In this document: in pieces, positions 1-8,922 of the stretch
Position numbering within the stretch: the first letter of the stretch is position 1
Layout of the letters: every line of letters starts with the position of its first letter
Assembly (NCBI GenBank): GCA_947311825.1
Contig: CAMZLY010000083.1
Location: 1-44,285 of the forward strand
DNA from: an uncultured bacterium
Lineage (GTDB): Bacteria; Verrucomicrobiota; Kiritimatiellia; UBA8416; CAMZLY01
Direction of reading: 5' to 3'
DNA length: 44,285 bases
Position numbers and translations under genes: made by a program
Notes under the pieces: generated by a model
Database searches by the model: none
Seen by the model: the letters and a program-made list of their open reading frames with translations, nothing else
Told to the model about the DNA's origin: nothing

Positions 1-148
1 TGTTGCTGCAATAAATGAGGATCAGAAACAAACAGGTGGTTTTACCAAGGCATTACTAAAATCAATTGCACTACTAAAAGAACGCCGAGCAGCCCTTATA
101 ACCGCTGCCGTTACAGGGCAGATTAAACAGGAGGAGATGATTGCATGA
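1..148 (+). CDS. hsdS: Type I R-M specificity subunit, C-terminal fragment (truncated by window start)
   Basis: Not in the ORF track. Frame 2 reads VAAINEDQKQTGGFTKALLKSIALLKERRAALITAAVTGQIKQEEMIA*; LLKERRAALITAAVTGQI matches the typical HsdS C-terminal helix. TGA 146-148 overlaps the next ATG (ATGA); hsdR lies downstream. Confidence 0.85.
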   Translation, partial: VAAINEDQKQTGGFTKALLKSIALLKERRAALITAAVTGQIKQEEMIA

Positions 149-1494
149 AATTGAAGAGGATTGCATTAGTAAATTTTAGAGGGTTTACAAAAATTGATAT
201 AGACTTCCACAATAATATAACCGTTATTGCAGGAGTCAATGGCAGTGGCAAATCCAGCATTCTCAAAGCTATTGCTGGGTTGGCCTCCTATCTTGTTCCA
301 GAAATATCACCTGCCAAGCGGAATGTGATTTCTTTCGATGATGATGATATTCAATACGGTGGACGTGCATTTAGTATAGACATGCAATTTAAGGGTGAAA
401 ATATTCAAACCTCCGCTCAGGTATTACGTTCTATACCTGATCCCCATAAAATTAAAGATTATCAGCAGGAGGTAGAAGATCTTCGAGCAAAGCGTCGTTT
501 TCTAAAAAAGGAATCAAAAGAAGATAATGATATTTTCGCACGTATTATAACCCTTGAACACATTTTGGGCGATAGTGAGGATGTTTTTATGCATCAGTCA
601 ATTCCAATTGAAGCCGCAACGGATAAGACCAAACCATCAGAATTGCTCGTTGTTCTTTATCCCACAAATCGCCATTTCACGAATCTTCCCACTCGCCTTG
701 CGGTTGTAAAAGCAACCACTACTTCAGATGCCTATGCAAATGCTTTACATGCAAAATCTATTTCGCTTAATGATTTTGCACATTGGTTTCGAGCCATAAA
801 GAATGGAAGCATAGGCAACGATGACTTCTGTAAAACTATTATTGAAATGCTTGAATCTACTATAGCCAACATGCTGCCTGGATTTCATAATCTAGATATA
901 GACACCACCCGCAAACCTCGTTTTACAATTGAAAAAGAGGGAAAACGATTAAGTTTAAATCAACTTTCAGACGGTGAACGCGGATTACTTGCTCTTGCTT
1001 TTGACCTGACTCGCCGACTAACAATTGCAAACCCAGAAAAAAAGAATCCTGTCCAAGAAGGCGAAGCCATTGTTTTAATTGATGAAACAGAATTACACCT
1101 GCATCCAAAGTGGCAACGTGAAGTGCTGAGGCGATTAACAACAACATTTAAGAACTGTCAGTTTATTGTGACAACTCATTCACCGCAAGTTATTGGAGAA
1201 GTTAAAGCCGGCAGCCTTAGACTCCTTTCAACAAATGAGAATAAGATTTTTGTTGAAACTCCCGGCATGGCCTACGGAACAGATTCAAACTGGATTCTTA
1301 ATGTCTTGATGGGTGGAAAAGATATGAATGCCGATGTTGAACAAGAATTAAATAACATTAATAAATGTATCTCCGAGAAAGAACTTGATACAGCAGAGAC
1401 TCTTATTCAGGCATTACGAGATAAAGTTGGCAATACGGTATCAATTCAGAAAGCATCTTCAATTATCGAAAGAATGAGGGTTCTAGGACGATGA
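145..1494 (+). CDS. ABC/AAA_21-type ATPase, Septu PtuA-like defence ATPase
   Basis: Walker A GVNGSGKS, signature-like LSDGE, Walker B/D-loop VLIDETELHLHPKWQ, H-loop TTHSP; coupled to a downstream HNH-like gene. Confidence 0.8.
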   Translation: MKLKRIALVNFRGFTKIDIDFHNNITVIAGVNGSGKSSILKAIAGLASYLVPEISPAKRNVISFDDDDIQYGGRAFSIDMQFKGENIQTSAQVLRSIPDPHKIKDYQQEVEDLRAKRRFLKKESKEDNDIFARIITLEHILGDSEDVFMHQSIPIEAATDKTKPSELLVVLYPTNRHFTNLPTRLAVVKATTTSDAYANALHAKSISLNDFAHWFRAIKNGSIGNDDFCKTIIEMLESTIANMLPGFHNLDIDTTRKPRFTIEKEGKRLSLNQLSDGERGLLALAFDLTRRLTIANPEKKNPVQEGEAIVLIDETELHLHPKWQREVLRRLTTTFKNCQFIVTTHSPQVIGEVKAGSLRLLSTNENKIFVETPGMAYGTDSNWILNVLMGGKDMNADVEQELNNINKCISEKELDTAETLIQALRDKVGNTVSIQKASSIIERMRVLGR

Positions 1495-2195
1495 GAAGAA
1501 TTATAAAATGTGATAGTCCAGATTGCCTAACAACATTTATTGCTGCACAGCAGTCAATAGAACCCGATCCTATAAATCTTACTTATGATGATTTCCCGAG
1601 AAAAACTGAGCTACTAAATATTCTTACCGCAGAACAATACGGGTTATGTGGATATACTGGAGTTGCTGTTGATGATCGTGTGTCAAGGCTTAGACGTGAT
1701 GATTCAATTGTATATTCTAATCATATTGAACACATGAAGTCTCAGAATGCGTGCAGACAAGAACTTGTCGACAATGGTTTAAATTATGGAACAGATTTAG
1801 CTGACGACTTAAATTACTCAAATATGATCGCCGCACTTGAAATAAGAGGTGCTGAAAGTGAGCATTTTGGTGCAGTTATAAAGAAAAACCATACATTACC
1901 GGTTTTGCCGACTGCCGAAGGATGCGAGCAAAGGTTTAGTTTTCAAGAGCCCGATGGAAAAGTTATAGGACTTGATGCTGATGCCTGCGAAAGCATAAAA
2001 GTGCTACAGTTAAACCATGAAACACTAATTGGATGGCGAAAAGCCGCTATTGATGCGTTCCTTGATCCCGAAATAGTTAAAACAATTGAAGACTTTAAGG
2101 CAATTGTTGATACTATAGACACTCTAAAAGAAGATAAGCTAATAGAATTTTCATTTGTCATAAAAAATATAGCAAAACAGTATTTAAAATCATGA
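1491..2195 (+). CDS. HNH-like protein, PtuB/TIGR02646-like, with degenerate Zn ligands
   Basis: N-terminal MRRIIK, EQYGLCGY, HIEH, LNYSNM and late LQLN-x-LIGWRK motifs; ATGA overlap with the ATPase. Confidence 0.7.
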   Translation: MRRIIKCDSPDCLTTFIAAQQSIEPDPINLTYDDFPRKTELLNILTAEQYGLCGYTGVAVDDRVSRLRRDDSIVYSNHIEHMKSQNACRQELVDNGLNYGTDLADDLNYSNMIAALEIRGAESEHFGAVIKKNHTLPVLPTAEGCEQRFSFQEPDGKVIGLDADACESIKVLQLNHETLIGWRKAAIDAFLDPEIVKTIEDFKAIVDTIDTLKEDKLIEFSFVIKNIAKQYLKS

Positions 2196-3073
2196 AACAG
2201 CCATTGAGTCCATTAAGGTATCCGGGCGGGAAGGCCGCGATTGCGCCATTTCTCGAAGATGTTATTGATCTGAATAATTTGCGTGGATGCAGCTATTTTG
2301 AGCCTTATGCCGGAGGTGCGGGGGCGGCACTGACTCTTTTGAAAAACGGTGTTATATCTGAAATACATATCAATGATGCCGACATCCGTATTTATTCGTT
2401 TTGGAAAAATGTATTAACGGAGAAGGATCGTTTTGTGGATAATATCTTTTCAATCCCGTTAACATTGGATGAATGGGGACGACAGAAGAAAATATGCGAC
2501 AACCCGGAAAATCATTCCGGATTTAAAATCGGATTTGCCGCATTTTATATGAACCGTTGTAATCGCTCCGGCATATTGCAGGGTGCAGGGCCGATTGGCG
2601 GGAAACAGCAAAAAGGAAACTGGAAACTGGATGTGCGTTTTAATCGTGAAAAACTTGCTGAGCGCATTATAACAATAGCGATGATGAAAAATTACATAAA
2701 TGTTTACAATGAAGATGCCATAAAGTTTCTTAAACAACAGCTTCCGAAAGGAAGAGGTCGCTCCGGGGCTTTTGCCTACCTTGATCCGCCCTATGTAAAC
2801 AAAGCCGACAAGCTTTATATGAACATTTACAACGAAAAGGATCATAGAGCAATCGCCCGATACCTCTTGCAGCAGAAAAAACTTCACTGGGTGCTTTCAT
2901 ACGATGACACCCCGCTGATTCAAGAAATATACAATGGACAGAAGATATGTAGACAATCTTTACGGTATTCTCTACAATCCAAGAGGATTGCTAAAGAATT
3001 AATAATTTCATCGGCGAAGGTAACACTTCCAAGCCAGTATTTTGAAAAGAAAAGAAAAGAGGCTGCAGCATGA
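2192..3073 (+). CDS. DNA adenine methyltransferase, Dam/D12 class
   Basis: SPLRYPGGK, motif I FEPYAGG, catalytic YLDPPY, WVLSYDD. Confidence 0.92.
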   Translation: MKQPLSPLRYPGGKAAIAPFLEDVIDLNNLRGCSYFEPYAGGAGAALTLLKNGVISEIHINDADIRIYSFWKNVLTEKDRFVDNIFSIPLTLDEWGRQKKICDNPENHSGFKIGFAAFYMNRCNRSGILQGAGPIGGKQQKGNWKLDVRFNREKLAERIITIAMMKNYINVYNEDAIKFLKQQLPKGRGRSGAFAYLDPPYVNKADKLYMNIYNEKDHRAIARYLLQQKKLHWVLSYDDTPLIQEIYNGQKICRQSLRYSLQSKRIAKELIISSAKVTLPSQYFEKKRKEAAA

Positions 3074-4167
3074 ATAAAGAAATAAGATCAATAGAAGTCA
3101 AAGAGCTTGATTTTGACCGCAAAAACCCGCGACTGATTGAATATGGAATCAAGTCAAATGCCACAGATGAAGACTTACTGAAAGTTTTATGGGAAACCAT
3201 GGATGTAATGGAAATTGTCCAATCCATTGCCGCAAGTGGATTTTTTCCGCATGAAGCTCTGATTATTGCGGAAGAAGCCGGAAAAAACATTGTGATAGAA
3301 GGCAACCGCAGATTGGCGGCATTGCGTGTTCTGCTTGATCCTGCAATAGCCGAAAATAATGGATGGACGGTTCCCGCTATAGATGAAGCAATCAAAATGC
3401 AGATAGAATCAGTTCCCTGTATCGTCTCAAGTCGGGATAATGCCTGGCGATATCTTGGATTCAAACATGTAAACGGTCCGGCAAAGTGGTCGAGTTATGC
3501 CAAAGCCGCATATATTGCCAAGGTGCATCATGAATCGGGCATTCCGTTAGCGCAAATTTCAGAGCAGATTGGTGACCGTCACAGAACAGTGCAAAAGCTG
3601 TATCGCGGCTTGATGGTTCTGGAACAGGCGGAACAAAGCGGTGTATATGATAGAGATGACCGCTGGAATACACGATTAGCTTTTTCACACCTTTACACGG
3701 GATTGGATCGCGACGGCATAAAGAATTTCATCAATGTCAGCCCTTTGGACGAAGAGGCGAAAAAGCCTGTACCTGAAGATAAACTTGAAGAGTTAGGCGA
3801 GCTGTGCAAATGGCTTTATGGAAGCAGAAGTGAAAAAGAACCACCGGTTATAAAAAGTCAGAATCCCGACCTGAAGCACCTAGATAAAGTAATAGCAAGC
3901 CGAGAAGCGATTTCCACTCTCAGGGCTACACATGATCTCACAGTTGCCTATGAACTAAGCCGCCCTTCAGGTACAGTTTTTGAGGAATCTCTGCTGGAGG
4001 CGAAACGAGGTCTGCAAAAGGCACATAAACATATGTCAACCGGATTCAACAATTCAACTGATCTATTAAAAATTGCGGGAAGTGTAGCCAACCTTGCCGA
4101 TGATCTCTACGAGCAGATGGAACGCAAGATGGATAAACAGAAAAATCGTATTAGCGAGGACAGCTGA
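3070..4167 (+). CDS. ParB/Srx N-terminal domain protein with uncharacterised C-terminal part
   Basis: FDRKNPR and VIEGNRRLAAL (ParB/Srx GxRR arginine patch); HTH-like AQISEQIGDRHRTVQK; no parA nearby. Confidence 0.8.
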   Translation: MNKEIRSIEVKELDFDRKNPRLIEYGIKSNATDEDLLKVLWETMDVMEIVQSIAASGFFPHEALIIAEEAGKNIVIEGNRRLAALRVLLDPAIAENNGWTVPAIDEAIKMQIESVPCIVSSRDNAWRYLGFKHVNGPAKWSSYAKAAYIAKVHHESGIPLAQISEQIGDRHRTVQKLYRGLMVLEQAEQSGVYDRDDRWNTRLAFSHLYTGLDRDGIKNFINVSPLDEEAKKPVPEDKLEELGELCKWLYGSRSEKEPPVIKSQNPDLKHLDKVIASREAISTLRATHDLTVAYELSRPSGTVFEESLLEAKRGLQKAHKHMSTGFNNSTDLLKIAGSVANLADDLYEQMERKMDKQKNRISEDS

Positions 4168-4169
4168 AT

Positions 4170-5102
4170 ATGTTTCGTCTGCCTGATAACCTACCAACAG
4201 AAAATTCATCTATTTCCGAGCTTGCCGATTTTATTGAAATTCTGGCTCTAAAAACCGGTGCTGCCTCACAACGGGAAATCGAACAGTATTTGTCCCAGCC
4301 AAGTGACAATGATTACAATATAGGCTGTGAAGACAGCGATGTAGAGATTGAGGGTATACTTGACGAGGCACTGAACGAAATAGATACAAGAAAAAAGTCA
4401 TGCGGAAATGATTGTGCTTATCCTTTTAATTTGCAAAATTCAGCAGGAACCGTATGCCGACTGAGTTATGACGAAACCAATCCGCAAAATATCGCATATA
4501 TCTATTTATTGCTTTCGACTAGATTCAACATGTCTGATAATCGCAAGCATGCAGAAATTGACGGCAGTCTTCTGCTTGAAGAACTTTCAGCAGAAGCCCT
4601 CAAAACATATTTAGGCGCTGAACGTGCCGAGTCGCTAGTTTTCGGAACAGCAACATCCGGAGGATTTAAAGAGAAGATAAATGACCTTTGCGGTAAAATT
4701 GGGGAGGGTGCCGGTTATGGCTGTCCTGATGGGGCTGTCAGACATACTCAGGACGGCAAGTTGGATGCCGTTGGTTGGATACCGTTCTCTGATGCCAATC
4801 CGGGGAAACTGATTGTATTTGGCCAATGTAAGACAGGCACAAGTTGGCATGATTCTGTCGCACAATTGCAACCAAGTAACTTTATTAAAAAATTTATGAG
4901 CGGATCACTGCACCTTGATCCCGTAAGAGCATTTTTTGTATCTGAGGCTATTAACCCAACAAAAAGAAACGGTTTAAGCATTGATGCCGGTATATTATTT
5001 GACCGCTGTCGAATTGTTGATTTCTGCGGAGAATTTTCGCCTGAATTAGTTGATAAATTAAAGAGTTGGGTGCATGCGGCAAAAGAAACTATAAATATTT
5101 AG
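4170..5102 (+). CDS. Hypothetical protein, putative PD-(D/E)xK (Mrr-like D...QxK) restriction-endonuclease fold
   Basis: LLEELSAEAL helix followed by DGKLDAVGW...LIVFGQCKTG, i.e. E...D...QxK geometry; in an operon with a methyltransferase. Confidence 0.6.
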   Translation: MFRLPDNLPTENSSISELADFIEILALKTGAASQREIEQYLSQPSDNDYNIGCEDSDVEIEGILDEALNEIDTRKKSCGNDCAYPFNLQNSAGTVCRLSYDETNPQNIAYIYLLLSTRFNMSDNRKHAEIDGSLLLEELSAEALKTYLGAERAESLVFGTATSGGFKEKINDLCGKIGEGAGYGCPDGAVRHTQDGKLDAVGWIPFSDANPGKLIVFGQCKTGTSWHDSVAQLQPSNFIKKFMSGSLHLDPVRAFFVSEAINPTKRNGLSIDAGILFDRCRIVDFCGEFSPELVDKLKSWVHAAKETINI

Positions 5103-5109
5103 AATCACA

Positions 5110-8100
5110 ATGAAACAGACCACAGAAAAAGCTTTTGAAGGTGCGATAGAAGAAGTATTGCTGGCTAATGGATATGAGCAGCATAGCTCAAGTGATTTTG
5201 ACCGTGAACTTGCTATATTTCCTGAGGTCGCTTTAGACTTTATCAGAGAAACCCAGCCGGAAGTATGGAGTAAACTGGAAGCTTTGCATGGCGACAAGAC
5301 TGGCGAGCGGGTTATTGCGGCTCTATGCAGATGGCTGGATTCACATGGTATATTGGCAACGTTACGGCATGGATTCAAGTGCTACGGTAAAACATTGCGG
5401 ATTGCTTTTTTCAAGCCGGCACATGGTCTGAATCCGGCCCTGAAAACCCGCTATGCTGCAAATACAATGGGATTAACCAGACAGCTGCATTTCAGTCCCA
5501 AGAATGAAAAATCACTTGATGTTACTTTAAGCGTGAATGGCATACCTGTGGTTACAATGGAACTGAAAAATCCACTCAGCGGGCAGACTGCAGCCAATGC
5601 CATTCATCAGTATCGTAATGATAGAGACCACCGGGAAAAGATATTCTCATTTAAGAAACGTACGCTTGTCCATTTTGCTGTGGATACCGAAGAGGTTCAC
5701 ATGACTACACGTCTGGCAGGCAGTGCCACGCATTTTCTGCCTTTTAATAAAGGGCGAGATGGTGGTGCAGGAAATCCTTCTGATCCCCATGGCCGCAACT
5801 ATCGCACCGCATACCTGTGGGAAGAGGTCTTGCAGCGCGACAGTCTATTGGATCTTTTAGCACGGTTCCTGCATGTACAGATTGAAGAGAGACGCACTGA
5901 TAACGGGCGAAAGGTAAAGAAGGAAACCATGATCTTTCCTCGTTATCACCAGCTACAAGCTGTTCGCTCTTTAGTGATGACGGCGGCAAAGGAGGGACCG
6001 GGGCATAATTATCTTATTGAACATTCGGCGGGAAGCGGAAAAAGTAATACCATTGGCTGGCTGGCTCATCGTCTTTCCAGCCTACATAATGTGAACGATG
6101 AGCGTGTTTTTGACAGCGTTATCGTTGTAACCGACCGTATTGTTCTTGATCAGCAGTTACAAAACACTATTTATCAGTTTGACCACCGTCAAGGTGTAGT
6201 ATTGAAGATTGATGAGGATTCCAGACAATTGGCTGAAGCATTGAAAAATGCTGTACCTATAATTATTACCACACTTCAAAAATTTCCATTTGTATCTCAG
6301 CAACTGTTAAAAATGTCCGAAGAAAGTGGCGAAGAAAGAACCCACCTGCCAACTCGTAAATGTGCTGTCATTGTAGATGAAGCCCATAGTTCACAATCCG
6401 GAGAAACCGCCACAGAACTAAAAGGGGTCCTAGGGGGAGAAGAGTTACGCAAGAAAGCAAAGAAAATTGCACAGGAAGAAGGCGAATCAAACCTTGAGAA
6501 AATGTATCGCAGCATGGCCAAGCGGGAACAGCAACCTAATCTATGCTTTTTTGCATTTACAGCCACACCGAAACATAAAACCCTTAAACTGTTTGGCCGT
6601 AATGGAAAATCATTTGATAAATATACAATGCGGCAGGCTATTGAAGAGCGGTTTATTGAAGATGTTTTGCAAAATTATGTCACATATAAAACTTATTACA
6701 AACTTCTAAAAGCATGTGAAGACGACCCCAATGTTGAGCGCAAGAAAGCCGCAAAAGCACTTAGTCGATATATGCGTCTGCATCCATATAATATTTCTCA
6801 GAAAACTTCTATTATGGTTGAGCATTTTCAAAACTTCACCCGCCATAAGATCGGGGGGCATGCAAAAGCGATGGTAGTTACCGGGTCACGACTGGAAGCT
6901 GTTCGTTATAAACAGGCTTTCGACAAGCTCATAGCAAAAAAAGGTTATCCAATAAAGAGTTTGGTTGCTTTTTCCGGTAGTGTTGTCGATGATAAGATTC
7001 CGGGAAAAACCTATACAGAAACAGAAATGAACAACGGCATACGGGAAAAAGATTTGCCTGACGAGTTTGCGACAATAGATTATCAGGTTTTGCTTGTAGC
7101 AGAAAAATACCAAACCGGTTTTGACCAACCTTTACTGCACACTATGTATGTGGATAAGCGTCTGGCAGGCATTCAGGCTGTGCAGACACTGTCAAGACTT
7201 AACCGTACCCACCCTCTTAAAGATGGAACTTTTGTTCTGGATTTTGTGAATAATCCGGATGAAATTCAAGAGGCATTCAAAGTATATTACGATGGTGCAA
7301 CCATGGGGGAAGATGTTGAGCCGGAACGCCTTTATGATATTAAAGCTGAATTGGATGAGTCCGGCATATATCTACAGGAGGAAATAAATGAATTCTGCAT
7401 GGTGTTTTTCGCACCTAAACAGCGTCAAAGTGCCTCCGACCACAAGACCATGAATGCTATATTAGACAAAGCCGCTAATCGCTTTAAGCTGTTACAGGAT
7501 GCCGAAGAAGATGAAGCAGAATTATGGCGAGGCAAACTATACGCATTTCGCAATCTTTATGGATTTCTCAGTCAGGTTATACCATATCAAGATAGCGACT
7601 TGGAAAAGCTTTATACGTATCTGAAACATTTGTCACTCAAATTGCCAAAGCGTAAATCCGGACCGGGGTATCAGTTTGATGATGAAGTTCAACTTGAATA
7701 TTACCGCCTACAGAAAATCAGCGAAGGATCAATTAGCCTGAATGATGGACTTGCAAAGCCTCTTGATGGACCAAAAGAGGTTGGTAGCGGTGCCGTTAGA
7801 GAAGATAATGTGCAACTCTCCAAATTAATAGATATCATTAACGAGCGATTTGGCGAAGAACTCAATGAGGCTGATCAGCTTTTCTTTGATCAGATGACAG
7901 AGACTGCAAGTCGCATGGATGCACTTAAACAGGCGGCTGAGAATAATCCTATCGGGAAATTTCAACTCGTTTTCAAACAGATACTTGAATCCCTATTCAT
8001 TGAACGCATGGACATGAACGAAGACCTATTTGCACGCTATATGAATGACCCTGAATTTCAAGAAGTGGTAGCCGGCTGGCTAGGACAGCAAGTTTACTCA

Positions 8101-8130
8101 AAAATCCCTAAACAAGTTTCATACCCATAA
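5110..8130 (+). CDS. hsdR: Type I restriction endonuclease subunit R
   Basis: Nuclease motif DVTLSVNGIPVVTMELK, Walker A HSAGSGKS, IVDEAH, FTATP, QTGFDQP, QTLSRLNR; 1006 aa. Confidence 0.96.
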   Translation: MKQTTEKAFEGAIEEVLLANGYEQHSSSDFDRELAIFPEVALDFIRETQPEVWSKLEALHGDKTGERVIAALCRWLDSHGILATLRHGFKCYGKTLRIAFFKPAHGLNPALKTRYAANTMGLTRQLHFSPKNEKSLDVTLSVNGIPVVTMELKNPLSGQTAANAIHQYRNDRDHREKIFSFKKRTLVHFAVDTEEVHMTTRLAGSATHFLPFNKGRDGGAGNPSDPHGRNYRTAYLWEEVLQRDSLLDLLARFLHVQIEERRTDNGRKVKKETMIFPRYHQLQAVRSLVMTAAKEGPGHNYLIEHSAGSGKSNTIGWLAHRLSSLHNVNDERVFDSVIVVTDRIVLDQQLQNTIYQFDHRQGVVLKIDEDSRQLAEALKNAVPIIITTLQKFPFVSQQLLKMSEESGEERTHLPTRKCAVIVDEAHSSQSGETATELKGVLGGEELRKKAKKIAQEEGESNLEKMYRSMAKREQQPNLCFFAFTATPKHKTLKLFGRNGKSFDKYTMRQAIEERFIEDVLQNYVTYKTYYKLLKACEDDPNVERKKAAKALSRYMRLHPYNISQKTSIMVEHFQNFTRHKIGGHAKAMVVTGSRLEAVRYKQAFDKLIAKKGYPIKSLVAFSGSVVDDKIPGKTYTETEMNNGIREKDLPDEFATIDYQVLLVAEKYQTGFDQPLLHTMYVDKRLAGIQAVQTLSRLNRTHPLKDGTFVLDFVNNPDEIQEAFKVYYDGATMGEDVEPERLYDIKAELDESGIYLQEEINEFCMVFFAPKQRQSASDHKTMNAILDKAANRFKLLQDAEEDEAELWRGKLYAFRNLYGFLSQVIPYQDSDLEKLYTYLKHLSLKLPKRKSGPGYQFDDEVQLEYYRLQKISEGSISLNDGLAKPLDGPKEVGSGAVREDNVQLSKLIDIINERFGEELNEADQLFFDQMTETASRMDALKQAAENNPIGKFQLVFKQILESLFIERMDMNEDLFARYMNDPEFQEVVAGWLGQQVYSKIPKQVSYP

Positions 8131-8152
8131 ATATATTAAAATTAACAGCAAA

Positions 8153-8833
8153 ATGAATTCCAACATCATATTCATAACCGGCATAGGCACTGACGTAGGC
8201 AAAACATTCGTTGCCGGACTATTTGCACGCTATCTGCACAAACAGGGACACTCCGTTATTACTCAGAAAATCGCACAAACCGGTTGTGTTGATCTATCGG
8301 AAGATATTACAACACATCGTGACTTAATGGGAATCGAACTCACGGCGGAAGATAAAATCGGTCTTACCTGCCCTTATATTTTCGAGCCTCCTATGTCACC
8401 GCATCTTGCGGCAAAACTAGCGGCAACGGAAATAGAAATCTCAAAAATAAATGCGGCAACGGATGAACTGGCAAAAAAATATGATTTCGTAATCGTCGAA
8501 GGTGTTGGCGGGCTATATGTACCATTAAATGACAACACAACAGTTATTGACTTCATTACAGAACGGGATTACCCCGTCATACTTGTCAGTTCAGCGACTC
8601 TAGGCAGCATCAATCATACCCTCATGTCCATAGAACTCTTAAAGCAAAACAATATCAACCTGCTGGGCATCGCCTACAATCTGCATAACGCCACTAATCC
8701 AATTATCACCGAAGATTCCAGAAACATATTCAAAAACGCCCTAAAAACCCATAACTACCCACCTGTTATTATAGATATTCCAGCGGTTAAGACGGATACA
8801 GTACCGGACATAGATTTTTCAGAAATATATTAA
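8153..8833 (+). CDS. bioD: Dethiobiotin synthase
   Basis: FITGIGTDVGKT, SPHLAA, VEGVGG, LGSINHT. Confidence 0.95.
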   Translation: MNSNIIFITGIGTDVGKTFVAGLFARYLHKQGHSVITQKIAQTGCVDLSEDITTHRDLMGIELTAEDKIGLTCPYIFEPPMSPHLAAKLAATEIEISKINAATDELAKKYDFVIVEGVGGLYVPLNDNTTVIDFITERDYPVILVSSATLGSINHTLMSIELLKQNNINLLGIAYNLHNATNPIITEDSRNIFKNALKTHNYPPVIIDIPAVKTDTVPDIDFSEIY

Positions 8834-8846
8834 AAAAATCTTTTAC

Positions 8847-8911
8847 AATTCGTGCATTCGTGGCAAAACTGAGCAACACACATTCGTAATAAATTCGTGC
8901 ATTCGTGGCAA
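8847..8911. repeat. Direct repeat AATTCGTGCATTCGTGGCAA x2 (period 45 bp)
   Basis: Identical 20-mers at 8847-8866 and 8892-8911 between convergent genes; inverted copy with 1 mismatch at 32497-32515. Confidence 0.85.
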
Positions 8912-8922
8912 GAAACAAGCAA

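Noticed and set aside
145-2195. Retron (Ec78-like) system
   Set aside because: The ATPase+HNH pair fits, but there is no reverse transcriptase and no room for msr-msd; the upstream gene is hsdS.
3070-4167. Chromosome or plasmid partitioning ParB
   Set aside because: No parA, no parS-like palindrome noticed, and the gene is embedded in an R-M operon.
8026-8233. 15-bp direct repeat CTATTTGCACGCTAT (8026-40, 8219-33) as an att site or target duplication
   Set aside because: Both copies lie in-frame inside intact genes (LFARY in HsdR and BioD) and no integrase is present; probably coincidence.
8847-8911. Possible CRISPR repeat-spacer-repeat
   Set aside because: Only two 20-bp units, the spacer contains a partial unit, and there is no leader or cas gene.
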